A stretch of 64,000 bases of DNA, taken from assembly GCA_964637115.1 (NCBI GenBank), contig CAZWVL010000004.1, forward strand, positions 75,258 to 139,257, written 5' to 3'. A program made the translations under genes and the position numbers. Source of the DNA: an uncultured Methanosarcinales archaeon (GTDB taxonomy: Archaea; Nanobdellota; Nanobdellia; Woesearchaeales; ARS49). Positions 51,163 through 59,632 of the stretch are shown here, in pieces. How positions within the stretch are numbered: the first letter of the stretch is position 1; each line of letters starts with the position of its first letter. The notes under the pieces were generated by a model. That model was not told where the DNA came from, did not search any database, and was given only the letters and a program-made list of their open reading frames with translations.

Positions 51163-51184
51163 AACCCCACGATTTCCACTGGAG
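51163..51184 (-). repeat. ORB-like box with G-string upstream of mcm
   Basis: The reverse complement CTCCAGTGGAAATCGTGGGGTT is the classical archaeal ORB core (TCCAGTGGAAA) plus a G-run. It has the same spacing as the origin box at 38778-38798. Confidence 0.6.
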
Positions 51185-51222
51185 TTTATCGACGAGAAAA
51201 TGCAAAGGTTTGTAATTTAATT

Positions 51223-51277
51223 ATTTCGACGAACAAGCGCGACATAACGGAGTTATGAGCGCATTGTGAGAAGTGTT
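51223..51277. repeat. Conserved ~56-nt structured intergenic element, copy B
   Basis: ATTTCGACGAACAAGCGCGACATAACGGAGTTATGAGCGCATTGTGAGAAGTGTT. See copy A at 35511-35566. Confidence 0.7.
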
Positions 51278-51300
51278 AATGTCCGAAGGACCAATATGCA

Positions 51301-51318
51301 GAATAAAAGAAAATAATT
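51301..51318 (-). terminator. T-rich tract downstream of tbp
   Basis: Minus strand reads CAGCAATTATTTTCTTTTATTC immediately after the tbp stop (51323-51325). Archaeal termination typically uses oligo-T. Confidence 0.35.
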
Positions 51319-51322
51319 GCTG

Positions 51323-51904
51323 TTACTTCTGCTTTATCTTTTTCAGATTCTCAATGAGCTTGTCTAGTGCACGGTTAACTTCTTCTTCTGATTTTGTTCC
51401 GGTGCAGACAACCTTGCCGTTCGAGAAAAGCAAAAAGGTTGCTTTCAATTCTGGCAGCTTGTAGACAAGTCCTGGGAATTGTTCTGGTTCGTATTCTGTG
51501 TTCTCAAGCTTCATTGCAAGAATGTTCAGGTTCAAGTCCATTCCTACTGATCCAGACGCAACTATGTTTTGTATCTTGACTTCTGGGAAGTCCTTGATTT
51601 TGACGTTGATTTTTTCAAGTGATTTGATTATTTTGCGGATGCTTTCGTGCACGTTTGCCATTGTGCGGGCTCCTGTGCAGACAATCTTGCCTGAGCTGAA
51701 AATCAAAGCGCTTGTTTTTGGTTCTTTGATTCTTATTACCAGTCCTGGGAATTGTTCAGGGTTGTATTCTGTGTTAGAAAGCGTTGCTGCCATCTTTTCC
51801 AGCGGTATATCGTGTCCTAATGATGCGCTGACAACGATGTTCACAACTCTTATTTCGCGCTTGCCCGAATTCTTTTCAGCTTTTGCCATGTGAATAACCC
51901 CCAA
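51323..51904 (-). CDS. tbp: TATA-box binding protein
   Basis: Two direct repeats: NIVVSASLGHDIPLEKMA...EYNPEQFPGLVIRIKEPKTSALIFSSGKIVCTGA and NIVASGSVGMDLNLNILA...EYEPEQFPGLVYKLPELKATFLLFSNGKVVCTG. Confidence 0.95.
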   Translation of the reverse strand: MGVIHMAKAEKNSGKREIRVVNIVVSASLGHDIPLEKMAATLSNTEYNPEQFPGLVIRIKEPKTSALIFSSGKIVCTGARTMANVHESIRKIIKSLEKINVKIKDFPEVKIQNIVASGSVGMDLNLNILAMKLENTEYEPEQFPGLVYKLPELKATFLLFSNGKVVCTGTKSEEEVNRALDKLIENLKKIKQK

Positions 51905-52019
51905 ATACCAATATTTGCTTTAAAAAGGGACTTTGTTTAAATACCTTTTGATTTATATATGAAAAGGCGTTTATCGACGCTGGCAATTAATTATTTTCTA
52001 TATGGAAATTTATAAGATT

Positions 52020-52655
52020 TTACTTCTTTTCCAACAATACATAGTAGGCGGGAATTTGGAGGTCTGGTTTTTGAGGAACCCTGATTATTTTTTTCTCTAC
52101 CACGTTGAAATTTGGTGAACAAATATGCAACATATCATCGATTGTAGCAAAGTATAAAATAATCCCCGTTGGTGATGTTCTAAATTTTCCTGTTCCCCAA
52201 TAATCAAATTCTCCGCTGAAGGCGACTGAAAGATATTTTCCTTCTTTGTCAAGTAATCGTGCAATATTTTGAACATATTCTCGTCTCTCTTTTTCATCGG
52301 TTATTTCGTGCAAAAATCTCCAGTCGAAAATAAAATCAAACGTGCCGGAAAATTTATACAAATCACGATAATCTTTTACTAAGAATTCCACTTCTACATT
52401 GGCCTCTTTCGCATGTTGTTTTGCATAGCGAATAGCAAGCGGTGATCGGTCAAGTGCCGTAACTTTAAATCCAGAAGATGCTAAGAAGATTGAGTGATAT
52501 CCTTCTCCACAGGCTATTTCGAGAACTTTACAACCCGCAGGAATTTTCTGTTTATTGACTAAATCCACCAATTCAGGATGAGGTTCCTTGAATGTCCAGG
52601 GAGCTTCCTCGGGGTTTTTGTAGATTTTTTCAAATTCTTGTGCGAAGTCTTGCAT
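52020..52655 (-). CDS. Class I SAM-dependent methyltransferase
   Basis: Motif I VLEIACGEGYHSIFLASSGFKVTALDRSPLAI. Confidence 0.8.
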   Translation of the reverse strand: MQDFAQEFEKIYKNPEEAPWTFKEPHPELVDLVNKQKIPAGCKVLEIACGEGYHSIFLASSGFKVTALDRSPLAIRYAKQHAKEANVEVEFLVKDYRDLYKFSGTFDFIFDWRFLHEITDEKERREYVQNIARLLDKEGKYLSVAFSGEFDYWGTGKFRTSPTGIILYFATIDDMLHICSPNFNVVEKKIIRVPQKPDLQIPAYYVLLEKK

Positions 52656-52656
52656 C

Positions 52657-53397
52657 TTAGTATATTTTCATCAATTTTCTTAACACAGTACTAAACACAA
52701 TTGCAAATATGATGTATGCCCATATCCAGCTTAGTTTCCAGAATACTTTCAATGTTTTGTTGCCAAGTGAGACCATCTTGAATACGTCGCTTTTGTACGT
52801 CTCTGAGACTGTTGCGTATTTTCTTCCTGTTGTTATCAGCACTCTTTTGTCAACTTCTTGCCCGTTGCTGGCTAGTGTTACAAAGTAATCTCCTTCATTT
52901 CCCTTGAGCGAGAACGTGGCCATTTTATTTTCAATTTGTTTTGTTGAGTCTCCAACAATCTGTAATCCTTCTGGCGCAGTTATGCTTGCATTTCCAGTCA
53001 TTTCTTTTTCAAAAGTTGTCGTAATTGTAAATTCCTCATTCGGCATTAAAGGTTGGTATGCAAAGTTTGAGTTCATCCATCCGAAAATCAGCAGTATTGG
53101 AATGAAAGTGATGAATGTTGACTTCATGCTTTTGGCCATGTATTGCATGTTTACGCTCATCGCTTGTTTCTGCACCTGCATCATTTTCTCCGGGTGTTCC
53201 TTCAATTCCTTCATTTTTTTCTGGTGCTCTTTGAGCTCTTCTTTCAGCCTTTTCATTTCTTCTTGGTTGGTAGTCCATTTGTAGATCAAAGTGATAAGAA
53301 GTGAGATTATGAACGATAGTATTGCTATGGCAAGCAGCGGATTCCAGTTGAGCATAAATCCGAACGCAGTGTCAAAGAATGGGTCTAGAAATGACAT
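52657..53397 (-). CDS. DUF106 / EMC3-like archaeal YidC/Oxa1-type membrane protein with inserted ectodomain
   Basis: LLAIAILSFIISLLITLIYKWTTNQEEMKRLKEELKEHQKKMKELKEHPEKMMQVQKQAMSVNMQYMAKSMKSTFITFIPILLIFGWM is the family pattern. It sits directly downstream of secY. Confidence 0.7.
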   Translation of the reverse strand: MSFLDPFFDTAFGFMLNWNPLLAIAILSFIISLLITLIYKWTTNQEEMKRLKEELKEHQKKMKELKEHPEKMMQVQKQAMSVNMQYMAKSMKSTFITFIPILLIFGWMNSNFAYQPLMPNEEFTITTTFEKEMTGNASITAPEGLQIVGDSTKQIENKMATFSLKGNEGDYFVTLASNGQEVDKRVLITTGRKYATVSETYKSDVFKMVSLGNKTLKVFWKLSWIWAYIIFAIVFSTVLRKLMKIY

Positions 53398-54789
53398 TTA
53401 TCCTCCCATGAATTTGCGGAGCATAGGGTTCATATCCATCATGTGTTGTCTTGCAATGTCTTCGTACATTCTGTATATGATCATGACGCTCAAAAGCAGT
53501 GAAGTTCCATTGGTTAGTGCTCCGCTGATGTCTGCTATTCCTGATAGTATGCCTACAACTATTGCGCCCATGATAGTTAGTGGGCCGATATACCTCTGCA
53601 GTAGTCTTTCCAGCACTCTTTCGTCTTTTCTGAATCCTGGAATTTGCAATCCTGATGACATGATTTGTTTTGCTTGTGAACGTGCATCCATTCCTGAGGT
53701 TTGCACCCAGAACCATGAGAATACAACCGCTCCAATAGTCAGTATGACTGCGTACATGATGCCTTGGAATACGGTTCCAAGAGTCAAGCCTCCTTTAATC
53801 GCTCCTCCGACAAGGTCTGGCGGCGTTACCCAGGATACTAATCCTGTTGCAGGGCTATTTCCTGCAAATGTTCCAAGTATCGGCAATCCCCAGTTTTGCA
53901 ATAATCTTGCCCATAGCTGTATATTTGCCAATAGAGCGCTCATTAATATGATAGGAATGTTGGAAGTATAGATGAAGTGTAATGGCCATCTTATGCCGTG
54001 TCCTCTTACTCTTCCAAATGATAATGGAATCTCAACTTTCATTGCTTGTGCATAGACTGCTACTGCAAATACCGCTACTGTTGATAATATTCCTGCGAGC
54101 ATTAAGAATGCAGTTTGCGGATCTCCTGCAGCTAAACTCTGGAATAACGCGGGAATAGCTCCCGTTGCTACACCAGGGTTGGTAGGAGATGGTAATGGCG
54201 AAAGCAGTCTGATAAACAACGATTGTGAAACTCCTGCAACAATAAATAGGCTAATTCCTGATCCAAATCCCCATTTTTGAACTACTTCGTCCATGAACAT
54301 TATCAATAGTCCGCCTAGGCATAATTGGAATACGAGTAATAATTCAAGTTGGAAATACAATGCAGTTCCTACTGCTGCTTCTGGTGGCGCTAGTCCTCCC
54401 ATGAAGACGTAAATTGCCGCTTCAAATATTACGAAGAACATTGACAATAATTTCTGTATTCCTGTGAATCTTTGTTTTCCTGTTTTTGTTGTCAAATCAA
54501 ACTTTACCAGTCCTGAGCCATTCAGTAATTGCAAGACAATGCTTGCCGTGACAATTGGACCAATACCTAATGATATGATGCTTCCAAAGCTTGCTCCTAG
54601 AATGACTGAAAGTAATTCAAATCTTTGCAGTGCGTTTTGTCCTAATCCAAAAAGAGGCACAAGTCCAAGAATGAAAAAGAGCACCAGCATGATGCCGGTC
54701 CATTTGAGTTTTTCTTTGAATGAGAGTTTTTTCTGCGTTGGAGGAGCAACTTCCGGCAGATTCATTAGTATGCTGTCTAAAAATGCCAT
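53398..54789 (-). CDS. secY: Preprotein translocase subunit SecY
   Basis: 463 aa with 10 TM. Typical N-terminus ...PEVAPPTQKKLSFKEKLKWTGIMLVLFFILG. Position after uL15. Confidence 0.95.
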   Translation of the reverse strand: MAFLDSILMNLPEVAPPTQKKLSFKEKLKWTGIMLVLFFILGLVPLFGLGQNALQRFELLSVILGASFGSIISLGIGPIVTASIVLQLLNGSGLVKFDLTTKTGKQRFTGIQKLLSMFFVIFEAAIYVFMGGLAPPEAAVGTALYFQLELLLVFQLCLGGLLIMFMDEVVQKWGFGSGISLFIVAGVSQSLFIRLLSPLPSPTNPGVATGAIPALFQSLAAGDPQTAFLMLAGILSTVAVFAVAVYAQAMKVEIPLSFGRVRGHGIRWPLHFIYTSNIPIILMSALLANIQLWARLLQNWGLPILGTFAGNSPATGLVSWVTPPDLVGGAIKGGLTLGTVFQGIMYAVILTIGAVVFSWFWVQTSGMDARSQAKQIMSSGLQIPGFRKDERVLERLLQRYIGPLTIMGAIVVGILSGIADISGALTNGTSLLLSVMIIYRMYEDIARQHMMDMNPMLRKFMGG

Positions 54790-55227
54790 TTACTTAGCCA
54801 CAACCTCGCCGCCAGCTGCTTTGATTTTTTCTGCAGCGCCTGCAGCTGCTGTTGGTATGGTAATCTTGAGTTTTTTAGTAACTTTGCCAGTTCCCAATAA
54901 CTTGGTGTAACCCAAAGCTCCTAAATTCACGGCAATTATGCCTGCTTCTTGTTTTGCGTGTTTTTGTTCAATAAATGCCGGTAGTTTGTCTTCGAGATCT
55001 TTTATTGATATTACGCAGTCTTGTGTTATTTGTCCTTTGCTTACAAAGCCATGCTTACCAAAATAATCAGTTTTCGTACCCCAAATGGAAGGCTTTTTGT
55101 TATCAGACTTCTTGCCAGTGCCCGCATTACCGTAGCCGCCTCTTTGTCCTGAGTTTCTGTGTTTGTTTCTTCCCCAGCCGTGCGTTCCATGGCTTCTGCT
55201 TGATTTCTTGCGCTTGTTGACTGTCAT
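54790..55227 (-). CDS. rpl15: Ribosomal protein uL15
   Basis: RSHGTHGWGRNKHRNSGQRGGYGNAGTGKK. Cluster position. Confidence 0.9.
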   Translation of the reverse strand: MTVNKRKKSSRSHGTHGWGRNKHRNSGQRGGYGNAGTGKKSDNKKPSIWGTKTDYFGKHGFVSKGQITQDCVISIKDLEDKLPAFIEQKHAKQEAGIIAVNLGALGYTKLLGTGKVTKKLKITIPTAAAGAAEKIKAAGGEVVAK

Positions 55228-55228
55228 C

Positions 55229-55570
55229 TTAAATCATCCTCATTAGTAAATCATTGATTTTTTCCTTTCTGTCGCCTGTTGCGCCACCCATTTTGAACGG
55301 CATCTTTACTCCTTTTCTGCCGTATCCTTTGCGCGGAGGGTTTAATTTGAATACCTTGTCGCCTTTCTTCTTGAGTGCTGCTAGTGTTTTCTCATCAACT
55401 GGCCCCCAAGTTGCAAATGGCGTGATTGGCTTGAGCATGCCTTTTATGTGCGGAGCATCTTCTACAACAACACAATGGTTTTTCTTGTTCAGTCCGAGCA
55501 TTACAAAAGTGCCGCGTACTTTAAAACCAATGCGTACGTCTCCTCTAACACGAACGATTGCGAGCTTCAT
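55229..55570 (-). CDS. rpl30: Ribosomal protein uL30
   Basis: MKLAIVRVRGDVRIGFKVRGTFVMLGLNKKNHCVVV. ATGA overlap with the uS5 stop. The tracked N-terminal extension is rejected. Confidence 0.88.
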   Translation of the reverse strand: MKLAIVRVRGDVRIGFKVRGTFVMLGLNKKNHCVVVEDAPHIKGMLKPITPFATWGPVDEKTLAALKKKGDKVFKLNPPRKGYGRKGVKMPFKMGGATGDRKEKINDLLMRMI

Positions 55571-56367
55571 CTTTTTCTGCCCTCTATCATATACACGTTT
55601 TTGACGTGTGCTGGTCTTGGTTTGAATGTGTTTAACTGTTTCAAAGCAGCAATGCACGCCACAATCACGTTTACTTTTGAGCGTGTCTGGCCGAACGCTT
55701 TGCTGTAAACGTTTTCAATGCCTGCCAGTTTCAAAACTTTTGCGCATTCTTGTTCTATAATTAGGCCTTGGCCTTTTGGTGCCGGCATTAATCTCATGCG
55801 AACTGATCCGCACTTGCCTTCTACTTGCCACGGGATGCTGTGCGGTTCGCTGGTAGCGTCTTCCCAACTGCCTGCCCCTCTTCTGATCTTGAATATCGAT
55901 ATTTTTGCATTTCTGATTGCCTTTTCTCGTGCAGGAACTGTGTCCTTGCTTTTTCCATAACCAATGCCGACGTATCCATCCGAGTTTCCAACTACTGCCA
56001 TGCATGCAAAGCTTGGCTTATTTCCTTCCGGTGTTTTCTTTTGTGTTTGTCTGAAGATTCTTTTTGAACCTCCACCGAACTTTCCTTTGCTTTGTCCTAT
56101 CATTAGCAGTTCTGACTGCACGTTTGGCATCAGGATATCAACTATTTGTTCTTCTAGGATTGGTATTCCGTTGTTCAAAATCTCATCAATGTCCTTGATC
56201 TCTCCGCTCTTGACTTTCTTGCCAACTGAGGTTTTTGGCTGCCATCCTTCGACATCTATCTTGATTTCCGGCTTGGTTTCTTTTTCTATTTCAGGAAGTT
56301 CAGTGATTACGTCTTTTTCAACTTCAAGTTTTTCTTCTTCCTCTGTTGCTTTTTCTTCCGGTTTCAT
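55567..56367 (-). CDS. rps5: Ribosomal protein uS5 (E/K-rich N-terminal extension)
   Basis: FACMAVVGNSDGYVGIGYGKSKDTVPAREKAIRNAK...GSWEDA...PHSIPWQVEGKCGSVRMRLMPAPKGQGLI. Confidence 0.92.
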   Translation of the reverse strand: MKPEEKATEEEEKLEVEKDVITELPEIEKETKPEIKIDVEGWQPKTSVGKKVKSGEIKDIDEILNNGIPILEEQIVDILMPNVQSELLMIGQSKGKFGGGSKRIFRQTQKKTPEGNKPSFACMAVVGNSDGYVGIGYGKSKDTVPAREKAIRNAKISIFKIRRGAGSWEDATSEPHSIPWQVEGKCGSVRMRLMPAPKGQGLIIEQECAKVLKLAGIENVYSKAFGQTRSKVNVIVACIAALKQLNTFKPRPAHVKNVYMIEGRKR

Positions 56368-56939
56368 TGTGCACCTATTGTTTTCTTGACTTGGTCAAAG
56401 TGTGTTGGCAGTGTTTCTGGGTCTACGTTTGCTTTCAGGTAAGCACTAAATTGTTTCTGATATTTTTCCTTGTTTGCTTTCAGTTGTTTGGCGTATGCTG
56501 CTACCTGTTCTCCTCTTATTCTGTTCATGCTTGGTGCGATTTCTTTCGCAAATGGCACTTGTAATCCTCCGTCAGCTGCTCCCTGTGCTGCTGCGTAAAG
56601 GATGCATCCTTTGACGCTGGTATACTGGCCTATGTCAAGCACGCATACTATTTTCTGTTTTGCTTTCTTTGCTAGCAGTAATCCGGTCAGATATGCCGCA
56701 CTCGTGTTTCCAGTTCCTGCCTTCCAGCCGTGTTTGTTGAGTTCTTTTGAGTGTGCGCTTGCTATTACTTTGTCTCCTGTCTGGTTGAATTCAATTAATT
56801 GCAGGCTTATGTGTTTTAGGCTCTTTCGTACGACAAGTCTCGGCTTTCTGCCTAGCAGCAGTTTCAAACGCTTCTTGTAATCTGTTCTTCCTTCCCGTTT
56901 TCTGCGGTACGCTACTGTGTAAACTCTGTGTGTTGCCAT
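56364..56939 (-). CDS. rpl18: Ribosomal protein uL18
   Basis: YRRKREGRTDYKKRLKLLLGRKPRLVVRKSLKHISLQLIE. Confidence 0.92.
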   Translation of the reverse strand: MATHRVYTVAYRRKREGRTDYKKRLKLLLGRKPRLVVRKSLKHISLQLIEFNQTGDKVIASAHSKELNKHGWKAGTGNTSAAYLTGLLLAKKAKQKIVCVLDIGQYTSVKGCILYAAAQGAADGGLQVPFAKEIAPSMNRIRGEQVAAYAKQLKANKEKYQKQFSAYLKANVDPETLPTHFDQVKKTIGAQ

Positions 56940-56940
56940 T

Positions 56941-57387
56941 TTACTTTTTCCTTATCATTTCTTGTTCTTGTATGTAGATTTTGACGTGTTTTGTGCTTCT
57001 GAAAAATCCGCCCTTGATTTTCGCATAAATTGATTTGAATGCTTCGTTGTCGATGATTTTGTTTTCCTTCAATTTCTTTGCGAGGGCGCGTTGTGAGCGT
57101 ACGTTTGAAATCCAGTGTGTTTTTGGATTCAATCGTGCAGTTGCTTTTCCTTTTCTGCTGCCGTGTCCTGAGCGTCTGCCTTTTTTCTTTTGTGCTGAAA
57201 TGTGTTTTGCTCGCGCTCTGCTTATTCCTTGTTTTTGGACTTTGTAGACCGTGCCTTTGTTGATTAGCCTGAGTACGTCAAACTTGGTGATGGCTTCCTT
57301 GATCTCGCTTAGCTTTGAAGGGTCAAATTTGACTCTGCCTAGTCCGCAGTTCAGTACTTGGGATGCGAGGCGTTTCTGGAGTTTCAT
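56941..57387 (-). CDS. rpl19e: Ribosomal protein eL19
   Basis: MKLQKRLASQVLNCGLGRVKFDP...RRSGHGSRKGKATAR. Confidence 0.95.
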   Translation of the reverse strand: MKLQKRLASQVLNCGLGRVKFDPSKLSEIKEAITKFDVLRLINKGTVYKVQKQGISRARAKHISAQKKKGRRSGHGSRKGKATARLNPKTHWISNVRSQRALAKKLKENKIIDNEAFKSIYAKIKGGFFRSTKHVKIYIQEQEMIRKK

Positions 57388-57388
57388 C

Positions 57389-57946
57389 TTATGCCTCCTT
57401 CTGCGTCAAAACTTTTTCCATGTCTTTTCTTTCCTGTTCTTTTGTAACCGGCTCTTGCTTTGCTTCTTTCTTTGGTGCTGCTTTTGTTGTTGTTTGTTTT
57501 TTCTGTTGTCTTTGTTTTTTCTCTTCTTTTCGTGCACTTACTTTGCCGGTAAGATTCTTGATTTCTTCGTCGATGTTTTTTACATTGAAGACCGTGATGT
57601 TTTTTTGTTTGCACGCAGTTAGCAGTTCCGTTTTTCTTTTGCCGCCTACGCTGGCAAGTACGACGCCCTGTGTTTTTGGGTCAATGACTGAGAGTTCGGT
57701 GAGCGTATTTATCAGAACTGATGCCAGTCCTGATGCGTGGAGTCCTCTGACTTCAGCTGGCCCCCTGTAGCCAGTATTTACGCTTGCTGGCCTTCCCCAC
57801 ACGCCGTGTCGCATTTTGCTGTGCATTCCTTTTGGTTTGCGCCATCTTCTTTGTGTTTCAGGGCGTTTGTGATGGTCCTGCATAACAAATTCTGGGCGCC
57901 TTTTGCTTATTTCTTTTCTTAGTATGAGGAGTTTTTTGGTTGTCAT
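57389..57946 (-). CDS. rpl32e: Ribosomal protein eL32 with K-rich C-terminal extension
   Basis: RRWRKPKGMHSKMR....GYRGPAEVRGLHASG. Tail KKQRQQKKQTTTKAAPKKEAKQEPV. Confidence 0.9.
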   Translation of the reverse strand: MTTKKLLILRKEISKRRPEFVMQDHHKRPETQRRWRKPKGMHSKMRHGVWGRPASVNTGYRGPAEVRGLHASGLASVLINTLTELSVIDPKTQGVVLASVGGKRKTELLTACKQKNITVFNVKNIDEEIKNLTGKVSARKEEKKQRQQKKQTTTKAAPKKEAKQEPVTKEQERKDMEKVLTQKEA

Positions 57947-58491
57947 GCTTCTGTTACCTTCTTTCCTGCCTTTTCAGTCATGTATATTCCGTCTTGGAAT
58001 ACTCTCAAGTCCCTGTTGCTCTTTGACGTTAACAGTTCAATGTCGCTTGCCTGTTGTCCTGCCAAATCCTTGTCGCAGCTTTCTACTGATATCTGGTCGC
58101 CTTCGACCTTTACGCTTACTCCTTTCTTGAGTTTTAGTGTTCTTGGGCTTTTTTCTCCCAAAAAGTTCTTGACTATGAATTGTTCTCCTTGGATTGAGAC
58201 GTTCATTGGGAAGTGTCCGCTGCATATTTTGAGTCGGTACTGGTATGGTGCCTGCACTCCCAACATCATGTTTTTCAGGTGTGCTGTGAATGTGTTGATG
58301 ATTCTTTTCTGTCTTTTTGTATCCGTGGCTGCTGAGATTGAAACTATGTTGCCATCTGCTTTTATTTTGATCATGGGGTCTTTCATTGACTTGGCAACTT
58401 CTCCTTTAGGGCCCTTGACAGTAACTATGCCGTTAGCAACTGTTGCCGTCACTCCATTCGGCAGTTCTGTTTTTTCTTCAAGTTTTGCCAT
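57943..58491 (-). CDS. rpl6: Ribosomal protein uL6
   Basis: PNGVTATVANGIVTVKGPKGEV...YQYRLKICSGHFPMNVSIQGEQFIVKNFLGEK. Confidence 0.92.
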   Translation of the reverse strand: MAKLEEKTELPNGVTATVANGIVTVKGPKGEVAKSMKDPMIKIKADGNIVSISAATDTKRQKRIINTFTAHLKNMMLGVQAPYQYRLKICSGHFPMNVSIQGEQFIVKNFLGEKSPRTLKLKKGVSVKVEGDQISVESCDKDLAGQQASDIELLTSKSNRDLRVFQDGIYMTEKAGKKVTEA

Positions 58492-58881
58492 TTAGTAGCA
58501 GTACGCAATCAAGCGTCCTCCAATGCCTTTTTCACGGGCTTGTTCGTGTGTCATTAGTCCGTGTGGTGTGCTGAGTATCAGTATACCAACACCATTTGCT
58601 GGCAGGTATCGCTTCTCAAACTTTTGGAATTCTTGGTTCTTTAATGAAAATCTTGGCTTGATGACTCCGCACTTGTTTACGTTGCTCATCAAATGCAATT
58701 TTGCAAAGCCCCCTCTGCCTTCGCTCATTTCTTCCAGCTGGCCAACATAGCCGTGCTCTTGCATGATTGATAATACTCGTCTGATTATTTTGCTGACTGG
58801 GTGGATGAGGAGTTCTCGTTTTCCAGTTCCTTCATACGTGAGAATTGCCGACATCACGTTTGCTAATGGGTCGTTTAACAT
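58492..58881 (-). CDS. rps8: Ribosomal protein uS8
   Basis: MLNDPLANVMSAILTYEGTGKRELLIHPVSKIIRRVLSIMQEHGYVG...GILILSTPHGLMTHEQAREKGIGGRLIAYCY. The tracked 84-aa N-terminal extension overlaps uS14 and is rejected. Confidence 0.92.
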   Translation of the reverse strand: MLNDPLANVMSAILTYEGTGKRELLIHPVSKIIRRVLSIMQEHGYVGQLEEMSEGRGGFAKLHLMSNVNKCGVIKPRFSLKNQEFQKFEKRYLPANGVGILILSTPHGLMTHEQAREKGIGGRLIAYCY

Positions 58882-58889
58882 TTTTCCTC

Positions 58890-59120
58890 CTAACTGTACT
58901 TCTTGAATCCGATTTTGGTTGCGACTTCTCTGAAGCAGCACCGGCATAATCCGATTCCGTATTTGCCGATGTGTGCTCCAAATCTTCCGCATCTGCCGCA
59001 GCGCTTTAATGCTTGTCCTGTCGCGCGTACTTTCGGCGAGTTGTGTTTGATGTACTTCTTCAGCTTGATTGGTTTCGCTTTCAGTTGCTTGAATGCTTTT
59101 TTCCAGTCGCTTGTTGTCAT
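58890..59120 (-). CDS. rps14: Ribosomal protein uS14 (Zn-ribbon type)
   Basis: [26 protein letters not shown]. Cluster position. Confidence 0.9.
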   Translation of the reverse strand: MTTSDWKKAFKQLKAKPIKLKKYIKHNSPKVRATGQALKRCGRCGRFGAHIGKYGIGLCRCCFREVATKIGFKKYS

Positions 59121-59632
59121 GCTTTCTCACCAATCGTTATGCCAAAGGTCTTTTGCATGAATGTCATCGCTTCTGCTTTGCTGACCATGTGTTTCTTTGG
59201 TATGTTTTTCTGTTCGAGTTTGCGTCGCTTTATTCTGTATCCTGGTTTTTCTAGGGTGACGCACACTTGTAATCCTAATACTCCGATTTTCGGGTCGTAC
59301 GTGACTCCTGGTATATCGATGTATTCGTGAATGCCGAAGCTGATATTTCCTGTTTCGTCAAACTGGCTGTCGCGCAGGCGTTTTTCTTTTGCATCCAATA
59401 ATCGCTTCAATATTTCAGTGGCCCTGTTCTTTCTTAGTGTGAGCTTGCAGCCGATTGGCAGTCCCGGTCTTAATCCCCATGTCGGGATTCTTTTCATCGT
59501 GACTGTTTTTATGGGGCTTATTCCTGTTATCATCTTAAGCACGACCACTCCTTTTTCTAATCGGTTCTGGTCTTTTCCTGCTCCTATGTTGAGCGTGATT
59601 TTCTCTATCCTTGGTGTTTGCATTGGGTTCAT
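59117..59632 (-). CDS. rpl5: Ribosomal protein uL5
   Basis: [14 protein letters not shown]...[31 protein letters not shown]. Confidence 0.92.
   Translation of the reverse strand: MNPMQTPRIEKITLNIGAGKDQNRLEKGVVVLKMITGISPIKTVTMKRIPTWGLRPGLPIGCKLTLRKNRATEILKRLLDAKEKRLRDSQFDETGNISFGIHEYIDIPGVTYDPKIGVLGLQVCVTLEKPGYRIKRRKLEQKNIPKKHMVSKAEAMTFMQKTFGITIGEKA

Noticed and set aside
51281-51291. UUCG tetraloop hairpin after tbp
   Set aside because: On recount the 11-nt GTCCTTCGGAC folds as a 4-bp stem with a 3-nt loop, not a C(UUCG)G tetraloop. It is too short to call on its own.
53291-53971. 226-aa plus-strand ORF spanning the secY / DUF106 junction
   Set aside because: It is antisense to two well-supported membrane protein genes.
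58882-59133. 84-aa N-terminal extension of uS8 in the tracked ORF
   Set aside because: It overlaps the uS14 gene in another frame, and the canonical uS8 N-terminus MLNDPLAN starts at 58881.
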